From Pelagibacteraceae bacterium AG-333-C14 (GTDB taxonomy: Bacteria > Pseudomonadota > Alphaproteobacteria > Pelagibacterales > AG-422-B15), in contig QBZD01000002.1 in assembly GCA_003282485.1 (NCBI GenBank), forward strand, positions 90,852 to 154,851: a stretch of 64,000 nucleotides of DNA, given 5' to 3'. A model generated the notes under the pieces. The model did not search any database and was not told the DNA's origin. It saw nothing but the letters and a program-made list of their open reading frames with translations. How positions within the stretch are numbered: the first letter of the stretch is position 1; every line of letters starts with the position of its first letter. The translations under genes and the position numbers were made by a program. Of this stretch, positions 1-9,279 are shown piece after piece.

Positions 1-994
1 CTGGCGAGAATTTAGCCAGTAATAAATTTTCTGCTGGAAGTATACTTGAATTAAAAGCAACAATCATGAGACTGATAACAATCAACCAATAATTTGATAG
101 ACTAACAATGAATAAAAGAAGTGTGCCTTGTCCGATGATGCCAATAGCATAAATTACTTTCTCAGAATATTTATCTGTTAAAATACCACCTATATAGTTC
201 ATTAAACCGCTTACAATATAAATAGCAGCTACAATATATCCAATCTCAGACGTTGAGAGGTTTAAGCTGTTTGACAGTCTGATATCAATTGCTTTAGGCA
301 AACTTGTTTGAAGAATTTGATATACAAAACTCAAACATGTAATACTTACAAGCATTATAATCGCAATTTTTAGCATTTGATTTTTTTCTGGATTATCTCG
401 AAATTGTTCTGATTTAATATTAGTCAATGAAATTTTTCCTGATTTCAAATGATATGAGAGACTTAAGCCTGTTAGAATAGAAATTATTCCAGGGAATATA
501 AACGCAGCTTGCCAATTAATTTGATCAATTAAAATACCAGCAAAAAAAGCACCCAATCCAATTCCTACACCTCCAAATATATTATTGAAACCAAGTGCAC
601 GTCCTGTTTCTTTTGATGTATTAACTATCCATGATATTCCAGCAGGGTGATATATTGAGCAAAATAAACCAAGCAAGGATAGACTAATAAAAAGAGATAA
701 TTTATTCCCACTCAGACCACAAAGAACCGAACTAATGCCTAGACCTAAAAACATTATTGCAATCATCCCTGAACGGCTCCATCGATCACTAATCCATCCA
801 GCTGGTAAAGATCCTATGCCAACAAGAAGAGACCCAAGAAACCATAGATTTAAAAGCTCGTCATATGAAAATTTCCACTCATCTTCAATCGCAAGAACAA
901 TTACAAAGTAAAATGCAGCAAACATGTGCATCAATAGATGGCCAAGCGCAGCATAAATAACAGTTAATTCTCTACTGTTTTCAGTGGTAATCAT
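1..994 (-). CDS. MFS-type transporter, partial (N-terminal ~331 codons; 3' end lies beyond the window start)
   Basis: I translated the minus strand from the ATG at 994-992: MITTENSRELTVIYAALGHLLMHMFAAFYFVIVLAIEDEWKFSYDELLNLWFLGSLLVGIGSLPAGWISDRWSRSG... The frame stays open to position 2. It has many hydrophobic helices and a D-R-x-x-R-type loop typical of the MFS TM2-TM3 loop. It is absent from the ORF track because there is no stop inside the window. Confidence 0.7.
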   Translation of the reverse strand, partial: MITTENSRELTVIYAALGHLLMHMFAAFYFVIVLAIEDEWKFSYDELLNLWFLGSLLVGIGSLPAGWISDRWSRSGMIAIMFLGLGISSVLCGLSGNKLSLFISLSLLGLFCSIYHPAGISWIVNTSKETGRALGFNNIFGGVGIGLGAFFAGILIDQINWQAAFIFPGIISILTGLSLSYHLKSGKISLTNIKSEQFRDNPEKNQMLKIAIIMLVSITCLSFVYQILQTSLPKAIDIRLSNSLNLSTSEIGYIVAAIYIVSGLMNYIGGILTDKYSEKVIYAIGIIGQGTLLLFIVSLSNYWLIVISLMIVAFNSSILPAENLLLAKFSP

Positions 995-1082
995 TTAATA
1001 AAAATAGAGTATTTCGGCTTCACTTAATAATAAAAATTATAAAAATTTGACTTTTTTGAATAAATAAGGCATTTCACTGTTC

Positions 1083-1118
1083 ATGATTGTTTATACACAT
1101 CATCATATTCATATCTAA
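1083..1118 (+). promoter_or_regulatory. Candidate histidine leader peptide ORF (MIVYTHHHIHI) upstream of hisS-hisZ-hisG
   Basis: atg att gtt tat aca cat cat cat att cat atc taa can be read directly. Four of the last six sense codons are His, and the ORF lies 90 nt upstream of hisS. A 9-bp hairpin (1119-1127 with 1138-1146) starts 1 nt after the stop. There is no clear SD and no canonical terminator. Confidence 0.4.
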
Positions 1119-1208
1119 GTTTGCTGAACAAAAAGCGTCAGCGAACAACAACCCCTTTTTATATTAAATAAACTAACTTTGTAGTATCGTACTAACGATT
1201 GGAATCGT

Positions 1209-2600
1209 ATGACTAAGAATAACAATAAACCCAAGGCTATTTTACCTAGAGGGTTTAAAGACAGTGAGAAACAACTCCTGACTCTCAGAAAAATAGTTAC
1301 TGAGGTAATAGAGGAAGAGTGTCAAAAATTTGGATTTATTGAATTAGAAACTTCATCCATTGAATACACTGATAGTCTGGGAAAGTTTTTGCCTGATATA
1401 GATCGACCAAGTGGAGGAGTTTTTTCGTTACAAGATGAAGATGGTCAATGGCTATCATTACGATATGACCTTACAGCTCCTTTAGCACGATATGTTGCTC
1501 AGAATTATCAAAATTTAGTGAAGCCATTTAAAAGATATCAATCCGGAATAGTATGGAGGAATGAAAAGCCAGGGCCTGGAAGATTTAGAGAGTTCTTACA
1601 ATTTGATGCAGATGTTATCGGAATTCAATCAAATCTAATCGATGCTGAGTTATGCGTCATGGTTGTAAATATTTTGAGAAGACTTGGTTTAAATGATTCT
1701 CAATTTAAAATTAAATATTCAAATAGAAAAATATGGACAAGCCTTTTTGAGAAAATAAAGGCTTCGAAAGAAGTTGAATCAAAAATTCTTAGAGCAGTAG
1801 ATAAAAAGGATCGTCTAGGTGATGAAGGTGTTAAAGAGTTATTATGTGAGGGTAGGAAAGATAAATCTGGTGATTTTATGGAAGGTGTAGGCCTTGATAA
1901 TGAACAAGCATCAATGATTTTAGACTTTATGAACGACCAGAAGCAAACGAGTGATGATATTGATGAGTTTAACTCTTATTTAGAGAATTTTGCAGATTAT
2001 CCGATTTCATTTGATCCATCCATTGTAAGAGGATTGGATTACTATACAGGCATGATTTTTGAAGCTGAACTATTAATCGATGTAAAAAATACAAAAGGTG
2101 AAACAATAGTTTTTGGATCAGTGGCTGGAGGAGGAAGATATGACAAACTGATATCAAGATTTGGGAAAGAGGACGTTCCCGCTACTGGCATTTCTGTTGG
2201 TGTTGACAGGCTTATTGTCGCTCTAGAGCAGTTGGATCTCATTAAAGCCAAATCGAGACCTTTAGTAATTGTAGCAAATTTAGGAGATAATAATTTGTCT
2301 GAGTATATTCGAATGGCATCTGAAATTAGAGATGCAGGCATGGCCTGCGAGATTTCTTTTGGCTCAAAAAATTTAGCTAAGCAACTTAAATATTGCGATC
2401 GCAAGCAAGCTGATGCAGTTGTAATTGCAGGTGATGATGAAATTAAAAATAATAAAATATCACTTAAAGATTTAAAAGAGGGAAGTGAGATTTCAAAAAA
2501 TATAACTGGACGTGAAGAATGGAAAGAAACTAAAGCAGGTCAAAAAGAAGTAATTAGAGAGGATTTAGTAAGCACTCTAAAGGAAATACTAAAAATTTGA
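1209..2600 (+). CDS. hisS: Histidyl-tRNA synthetase (class II)
   Basis: 463 aa. It has HisRS motifs: LPRGFKD near the N-terminus, LRYDLTAPLARY, FKRYQSGIVWRNEKPGPGRFREFLQFDADVIG, GGGRYD, and a C-terminal anticodon-binding domain. Confidence 0.95.
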   Translation: MTKNNNKPKAILPRGFKDSEKQLLTLRKIVTEVIEEECQKFGFIELETSSIEYTDSLGKFLPDIDRPSGGVFSLQDEDGQWLSLRYDLTAPLARYVAQNYQNLVKPFKRYQSGIVWRNEKPGPGRFREFLQFDADVIGIQSNLIDAELCVMVVNILRRLGLNDSQFKIKYSNRKIWTSLFEKIKASKEVESKILRAVDKKDRLGDEGVKELLCEGRKDKSGDFMEGVGLDNEQASMILDFMNDQKQTSDDIDEFNSYLENFADYPISFDPSIVRGLDYYTGMIFEAELLIDVKNTKGETIVFGSVAGGGRYDKLISRFGKEDVPATGISVGVDRLIVALEQLDLIKAKSRPLVIVANLGDNNLSEYIRMASEIRDAGMACEISFGSKNLAKQLKYCDRKQADAVVIAGDDEIKNNKISLKDLKEGSEISKNITGREEWKETKAGQKEVIREDLVSTLKEILKI

Positions 2601-2603
2601 GCT

Positions 2604-3731
2604 ATGTCACTACAGGAATTAAATATTAGATTAAAAGATTATTTTATTGAGTTAGGATTTCAATATGTAGAGCTTCCTTTAGTTCATGATTCTGACATTT
2701 TTTATGAAACATCGGGAGAAGAAATAAGAAGTCAGATGTATTCTTTTATAGATGGTTCAGGCAAGGAAAAATGTCTGAGACCAGATATGACGATCCCTAC
2801 GTGTCAAAGTTTTATTAAAAGTGATGATAAAATAAATGAAGCTAATTTATGCTATAGTGGACCAGTATTTAGGTCAACCAATGGAATAAATGATACATCA
2901 ATTGAATTAAACCAATCAGGTGTTGAAATTATTTTTACAGAAAAAAAGCTAAAAACTATTTATGAAAAAGATATATATACGCTTAAAACGGCAGTCAAAA
3001 TTCTAGAAAAATTAAATATTAATGAATACCAAATTAAAATAGGCAGTCTAAACCTCTTTAATAGTTTTATAAGTTATTTAGATTTACCGATCAGGTGGAA
3101 ACAAAGAATTGTCAGGCATTTTTTTAGAAGAACATATTTTGATAGTTTGTTAAATCGATTAGGGCAAGGTGTCGGTTATGACATTTTGAAAAAGGATGAA
3201 ATTATCAATGAAAAACTAGGTTTGAATGCCAATTCAAATGGAAATTTGGCTGATCTAATTAATTCTAATAGCAATTCTGGTTCAGGCTCAAGGACAGTTG
3301 AAGAAATCGTCAAACGATTTCAGGAGAAAAGTGAAAACATCGTCTCTGAAAGCAATGGAAAACAAATTGTAAATCTGATTAAAAATTTTTTAGGTTTAAA
3401 CGCTTCTCTTGATACTTTTCCGAATATTTTAAGAGAGTTTGTAAGTGATCAAAAGCTTGATTTTTTTAAAAAAGAGATTGATGGCATTGAAGAATTCAAG
3501 AACGCCGTCTCATCTGAAATGGATATATCTAAAATTAATTTTAACAATGACTTTGGACATTCAATTGAATTTTATGATGGTGTTATGTTCGAAATCTATG
3601 ATCAATCAGGCAATTTAAAGATAATAACTGGTGGAAGATACGATAAGTTACTTAATATTTTAGGGTCCAGAAACAATCTGTCAGCTATAGGCTTTGCAAC
3701 AAATAATAATAATTTAAGTAAAATTATATAG
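2604..3731 (+). CDS. hisZ: ATP phosphoribosyltransferase regulatory subunit (HisRS paralog)
   Basis: 375 aa HisRS-like protein without an anticodon-binding domain (CLRPDMTIPTCQSF, GGRYDKLL). It sits between hisS and a short-form hisG, with spacers of 3 and 2 nt. Confidence 0.85.
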   Translation: MSLQELNIRLKDYFIELGFQYVELPLVHDSDIFYETSGEEIRSQMYSFIDGSGKEKCLRPDMTIPTCQSFIKSDDKINEANLCYSGPVFRSTNGINDTSIELNQSGVEIIFTEKKLKTIYEKDIYTLKTAVKILEKLNINEYQIKIGSLNLFNSFISYLDLPIRWKQRIVRHFFRRTYFDSLLNRLGQGVGYDILKKDEIINEKLGLNANSNGNLADLINSNSNSGSGSRTVEEIVKRFQEKSENIVSESNGKQIVNLIKNFLGLNASLDTFPNILREFVSDQKLDFFKKEIDGIEEFKNAVSSEMDISKINFNNDFGHSIEFYDGVMFEIYDQSGNLKIITGGRYDKLLNILGSRNNLSAIGFATNNNNLSKII

Positions 3732-3733
3732 TC

Positions 3734-4435
3734 ATGAAATTTGAAAATAAATTAAGGATAGGATTACCTAGTAAAGGCAGATTAAGAAAAGACATGGAGA
3801 AACTATTTCTAGATAAAAATATTACTTTTGAAAATCTTGTAAATGATAGAGATTATATTGGTACAATAAAGGGACTAAGAGATACAGTTCTATATTTTTT
3901 AAGTGCTAAAGAAATTACCAATAGACTTGATGAGGGATCAATTCATGCAGGTTTAACTGGTGATGACCTCGTACAAGAAAAAATTTTCAATTTTAATTCA
4001 AAAATAACAAAGGATCTGGAGTTAACTTTTGGAAAAGCGGATCTGGTTGTTGCTGTACCGGATATCTGGATTGATGTGATGACGATGGCTGATTTGGAAG
4101 AAGTGAGCAATAATCACAGAGATAAATATTCAAAAAGATTGCGTGTAGCAACTAAATATAAGAATTTAACAAATAATTTCTTTTCTAAATGTGGAGTTGT
4201 TGACTATAGAACTGTTGAAAGTGATGGCTCTACTGAAAGTGCGCCTTTCAATGGTTTTTCAGAAATCATCACTGATATAACATCAACAGGTGAAACACTT
4301 AGGGCTAACAATTTAAGAGTTCTTGATGATGGCATAATCCTGAAATCATCAGCAAATATCTTTTCTTCAAAAGTTGCAGAGTGGGATAACGAAATAGAAA
4401 GTAATTATAAAAACTTTATTAATAAGTTTGAATAA
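3734..4435 (+). CDS. hisG: ATP phosphoribosyltransferase, short (HisZ-dependent) form
   Basis: 233 aa. It reads LRIGLPSKGRL at the N-terminus and ITDITSTGETLRANNL (PRPP-binding signature). It lacks the long-form C-terminal regulatory domain. Confidence 0.9.
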   Translation: MKFENKLRIGLPSKGRLRKDMEKLFLDKNITFENLVNDRDYIGTIKGLRDTVLYFLSAKEITNRLDEGSIHAGLTGDDLVQEKIFNFNSKITKDLELTFGKADLVVAVPDIWIDVMTMADLEEVSNNHRDKYSKRLRVATKYKNLTNNFFSKCGVVDYRTVESDGSTESAPFNGFSEIITDITSTGETLRANNLRVLDDGIILKSSANIFSSKVAEWDNEIESNYKNFINKFE

Positions 4436-4464
4436 AAAAAACCCGGCTAGGCCGGGTTTTTTTT
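4434..4464. terminator. Bidirectional intrinsic terminator between convergent hisG and groEL
   Basis: aaaaaaaa-cccggc-tag-gccggg-tttttttt. This is a 6-7 bp GC stem (4441/4442-4447 with 4451-4456/4457) and a 3-nt loop, flanked by an A-tract and a T-tract, so it works in both orientations. Confidence 0.8.
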
Positions 4465-4484
4465 GAGTTTATCGTGAACGATTA

Positions 4485-6137
<1,653 letters not shown>

Positions 6138-6158
6138 TTATTCTCCTTGATTTAAGAT

Positions 6159-6473
6159 TTATTTTTTCTTTTTTGATTTTGATTTTTTTTCAATGACACC
6201 CATGATGTCAGACTCTTTCATGATACATAGCTCTTCCCCATCAACTTTGACTTCAGTGCCAGACCATTTTCCAAATAGGACAATATCTCCCGCTTTTAAA
6301 TCTAATGGTGTAACTTTTCCATCTTCAGATTTTGTTCCTGACCCAACAGCAACAATTTGTCCTTCTTGAGGTTTTTCTTGAGCTGTATCAGGAATGATAA
6401 TTCCTCCAGCAGTTTTTTCTTCAGTGTCTAATCTCCTTACGAGAACACGATCATGTAAAGGTCGAAAATCCAT
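6159..6473 (-). CDS. groES: Co-chaperonin GroES (Cpn10) with a Lys/Ser-rich C-terminal tail
   Basis: 104 aa. It reads [44 protein letters not shown]. It lies 24 nt upstream of groEL and has an AGGAGA SD. The last 9 residues are KKSKSKKKK. Confidence 0.97.
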   Translation of the reverse strand: MDFRPLHDRVLVRRLDTEEKTAGGIIIPDTAQEKPQEGQIVAVGSGTKSEDGKVTPLDLKAGDIVLFGKWSGTEVKVDGEELCIMKESDIMGVIEKKSKSKKKK

Positions 6474-6519
6474 TTTTAATCTCCTAAATATTTAATATCT
6501 TTTGCTTAATTACCTAGGC

Positions 6520-6548
6520 ATATAGTGATCCAGTGCGTATGTGTCAAG
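6520..6548 (-). promoter_or_regulatory. Candidate groESL promoter (heat-shock/sigma-70-like)
   Basis: The minus strand reads CTTGAC-acatacgcactggatca-CTATAT (also readable as TTGACA-N17-TATATG) about 45-75 nt upstream of the groES ATG. It resembles the alphaproteobacterial RpoH-type CTTG...CYTATNT pattern, but the spacing is not an exact match. No CIRCE inverted repeat is present. Confidence 0.4.
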
Positions 6549-6611
6549 AGGGGCTTCAAAAACGAATAATTATAAAAGATGACAAAAAATGCCTATTTTA
6601 CAACACTTTGA

Positions 6612-7382
6612 CTACTGTTCAGACTCTCCACCGTCTATAACTATATTTTGTCCAGTCATAAACGAGCCTGCTTCAGACGCAAGGTAGACGGCGGCTCCTG
6701 CGATTTCATCTGGCATGCCAATTCTTTTGAGCGCTGATTTCGCTGTTGTTACCCTCAAAATGTCTTCGTTCTCCCAAAGTGCACGTGCAAAATCAGTCTT
6801 GATTAGCCCCGGAGATATACAATTTGCTCTAATATTATTTCTACCATACTCCACAGAAATATTCCTTGCTAACTGAGAATCAGCGGCCTTGCTAATAGCA
6901 TAAGCGCCTAACATGCTGCTTCCGTGTAGACCTGCTATTGACGAAATTATAATGATAGAACCACTTTTTATTTTTACCATATCGGGCAATATTTCGTTAC
7001 ATAGCCAAAAGTTACTCTGTACATTTGATTTCATTATTTTTTCAAATGCTTCATCTGGTATGTTGTTAGATGGCCCAAAATATGGATTTACAGCCGCGTT
7101 GCATACTAAAGTTGTTATACTCCCACAAAACTCCTTTGATTTAACATATAAGTTTTTTAACTGTTCTTTGTCAGAAATATTACATGATATTGCTGTAGCG
7201 GTATCCTTACCAAACGTACTATTAATTTCTTCTGCAACGTTCTCACATGCATCAATTTTGCGACTTGTTATTATTACTTTGGCGCCATGCTCAGCCATTC
7301 GATATGCAATAGCCTTACCTATGCCACGTGAAGATCCGGTAATAATTGCATTTTTATCTTTTAAATTAAAAAGTGATGTCAT
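6612..7382 (-). CDS. Short-chain dehydrogenase/reductase (classical SDR)
   Basis: 256 aa. It has TGSSRGIGKAIA (TGxxxGIG), NAA, S...YxxxK (YAISKAA) and PG motifs. Confidence 0.85.
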   Translation of the reverse strand: MTSLFNLKDKNAIITGSSRGIGKAIAYRMAEHGAKVIITSRKIDACENVAEEINSTFGKDTATAISCNISDKEQLKNLYVKSKEFCGSITTLVCNAAVNPYFGPSNNIPDEAFEKIMKSNVQSNFWLCNEILPDMVKIKSGSIIIISSIAGLHGSSMLGAYAISKAADSQLARNISVEYGRNNIRANCISPGLIKTDFARALWENEDILRVTTAKSALKRIGMPDEIAGAAVYLASEAGSFMTGQNIVIDGGESEQ

Positions 7383-7442
7383 TTAATTACGAACTGATTT
7401 AAAAAAAAGATTATAAGTTAATAAAATAATTTCAATAAAAAT

Positions 7443-8309
7443 ATGAATATTAATAAAGTTAAGAGTGTTGAGAGTTATTCACTATCCTATAAAGCAATTT
7501 TATGTGATCTCTGGGGAGTAATTCATAATGGTGTTGAAATTTATGCTAGCGCTCTCACTTATCTTGAACGCATGAAGGAGCATGGAATTGATGTTTATTT
7601 GATTTCTAATGCCCCGCGTCCTAATTATGTTGTTCAGGAGGGTTTGACAAATAAACTTGGACTTAACCCCGATCTTTATAAAGATATTTATACCTCTGGA
7701 GATATAGGAACGAAGTTTGTTAATAAAAAAATTCATGGTGAAAGTTATTTTCATCTAGGCCCAGCTAAGGACTACGATCTATTAGAAAATATAAATATTA
7801 GTAAGGTAGATAGTATTAATGAGGCAGATTTCATTTTAACAACAGGACTTTACGATGACAGTTTTGAAACCCCTAAAGATTATAATGATTTATTTAATGA
7901 CTTCATTGAGAAAGAAAAACCTATTGTATGTGTAAATCCTGATGAAATTGTTTATCGAGGATTAAACTCTATTTTTTGTGCTGGAGCTTTAGGCAAATAT
8001 TATGAAAAACTTGGTGGTAAAGTAGTATATTATGGAAAACCATACGTTGAAATTTATGACCAAGCTTTTCAAGATTTGAAAAATATGAATAATATTAAAA
8101 ATAAGTCAGATATCCTTGCAATCGGGGACAGTATCAAAACCGACTGTCTTGGTGCACAAAACTTTAATTTGGATTTTGTCTTTATTATGAATGGTATACA
8201 TAAGGATCAAATATCAGGTAAAAATAACATTGAAGATATTAGCAATCTTGTGGAAAATATTCTTTCAAGAGATACAAAAGAAATCACAGTTTCTGATTTT
8301 CTAAAGTGA
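7443..8309 (+). CDS. HAD-superfamily hydrolase, subfamily IIA-like
   Basis: 288 aa. Motif I-like CDLWGVIHNG, ISNAPR, and a late GDSIKTD motif. The size and cap are consistent with HAD-IIA hypothetical phosphatases. Confidence 0.65.
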   Translation: MNINKVKSVESYSLSYKAILCDLWGVIHNGVEIYASALTYLERMKEHGIDVYLISNAPRPNYVVQEGLTNKLGLNPDLYKDIYTSGDIGTKFVNKKIHGESYFHLGPAKDYDLLENINISKVDSINEADFILTTGLYDDSFETPKDYNDLFNDFIEKEKPIVCVNPDEIVYRGLNSIFCAGALGKYYEKLGGKVVYYGKPYVEIYDQAFQDLKNMNNIKNKSDILAIGDSIKTDCLGAQNFNLDFVFIMNGIHKDQISGKNNIEDISNLVENILSRDTKEITVSDFLK

Positions 8310-8315
8310 AATAAA

Positions 8316-9275
8316 GTGAAAATATTTAAAGATCTTAAAAAGACGTATAATTTTACGAAAGACTCTATCCTAATAATTGGTAACCTTGATGGTGTTCATA
8401 AAGGTCACCAATCAATAATATCGTTAGCCAAGAAACTTAGTAAAAAAAAAGATGCAAAAGTTGGAGTATTGCTTTTTGATCCTCATCCTAGGAGGTATTT
8501 TGAAAAAGATAATAAAGGTTTTTTATTAACACAGGTTGATACGCGTCTAGAAATTTTAAAATCCTATAAAATTGATTATGCGATTGTCTTAAAGTTCAAT
8601 AAGAGCATTGCAACAATGACGCCTAAATTGTTTTGTAAAAAAATTCTTTTTTCAGGCATAGCTATGAAGAATATTTTTGTTGGTAAAAATTTTAGGTTCG
8701 GCAATAAAAGATCTGGCGACTATCGGTTTCTATCAAATTTTGGAAAAGAACATTCATTTAATGTTACACCCATAAATTTAGTGGAAACAAATAAAATCCT
8801 TCACAAAAAAACAAAAATGAAAATTTACTCTTCATCAAACATAAGAGCTTTAATTCAAAAAGGAGAGGTGAAACTTGCCAACAAATTTCTTGGGGTGCCG
8901 TTTACAATTGTCTCTAGAGTAATGAAAGGTGATCAAAGGGGACGAACAATAGGAGTTCCAACAGCAAACCTTAAAATTGATGAATATATTCAGCCTAACC
9001 ATGGGGTTTATGCTGTTCGTGCACAAGTAATGAATAAGATTGCAAAGGGAAAGAATTATAAGGGAATTGCCAATTTTGGAGTCAGACCGACTTTTGATAA
9101 AAATAAGCCCTTATTAGAGGTTCACTTGTTTAATTTTAATTTGAATATTTATAATTCTTCATTAAAAGTAGAATTTATTGACTTCATTAGGAAAGAAAAA
9201 AAGTTTTCTGGAATAGACTCATTAAAAAATCAATTGAAAATAGATATATCCAAAGCTAAGAAAATCTTGAATTAA
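8316..9275 (+). CDS. ribF: Bifunctional riboflavin kinase / FMN adenylyltransferase
   Basis: 319 aa with a GTG start. It reads GNLDGVHKGHQ in the N-terminal FAD synthetase part and GDQRGRTIGVPTANL...HGVYA plus LEVHLFNF in the C-terminal kinase part. Confidence 0.9.
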   Translation: MKIFKDLKKTYNFTKDSILIIGNLDGVHKGHQSIISLAKKLSKKKDAKVGVLLFDPHPRRYFEKDNKGFLLTQVDTRLEILKSYKIDYAIVLKFNKSIATMTPKLFCKKILFSGIAMKNIFVGKNFRFGNKRSGDYRFLSNFGKEHSFNVTPINLVETNKILHKKTKMKIYSSSNIRALIQKGEVKLANKFLGVPFTIVSRVMKGDQRGRTIGVPTANLKIDEYIQPNHGVYAVRAQVMNKIAKGKNYKGIANFGVRPTFDKNKPLLEVHLFNFNLNIYNSSLKVEFIDFIRKEKKFSGIDSLKNQLKIDISKAKKILN

Positions 9276-9279
9276 TAAA

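Noticed and set aside
1119-1208. I searched for a classical terminator/antiterminator pair downstream of the His leader ORF. I also noted the triple atcgt/acgat/atcgt repeats (1186-1208) next to the hisS start.
   Set aside because: Only one 9-bp hairpin exists, and it is not directly followed by a U-tract. The 5-bp atcgt/acgat pairings are too short to claim. A canonical attenuator is therefore not supported, and the leader ORF is reported only as a candidate.
6474-6611. I looked for a CIRCE inverted repeat (TTAGCACTC-N9-GAGTGCTAA) upstream of groES. I also noted a 33-codon plus-strand ORF starting at the ATG near 6539.
   Set aside because: No CIRCE-like inverted repeat is present, and only a promoter-like element was found. 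The small ORF runs antisense into the SDR 3' end and has no SD or recognisable features.
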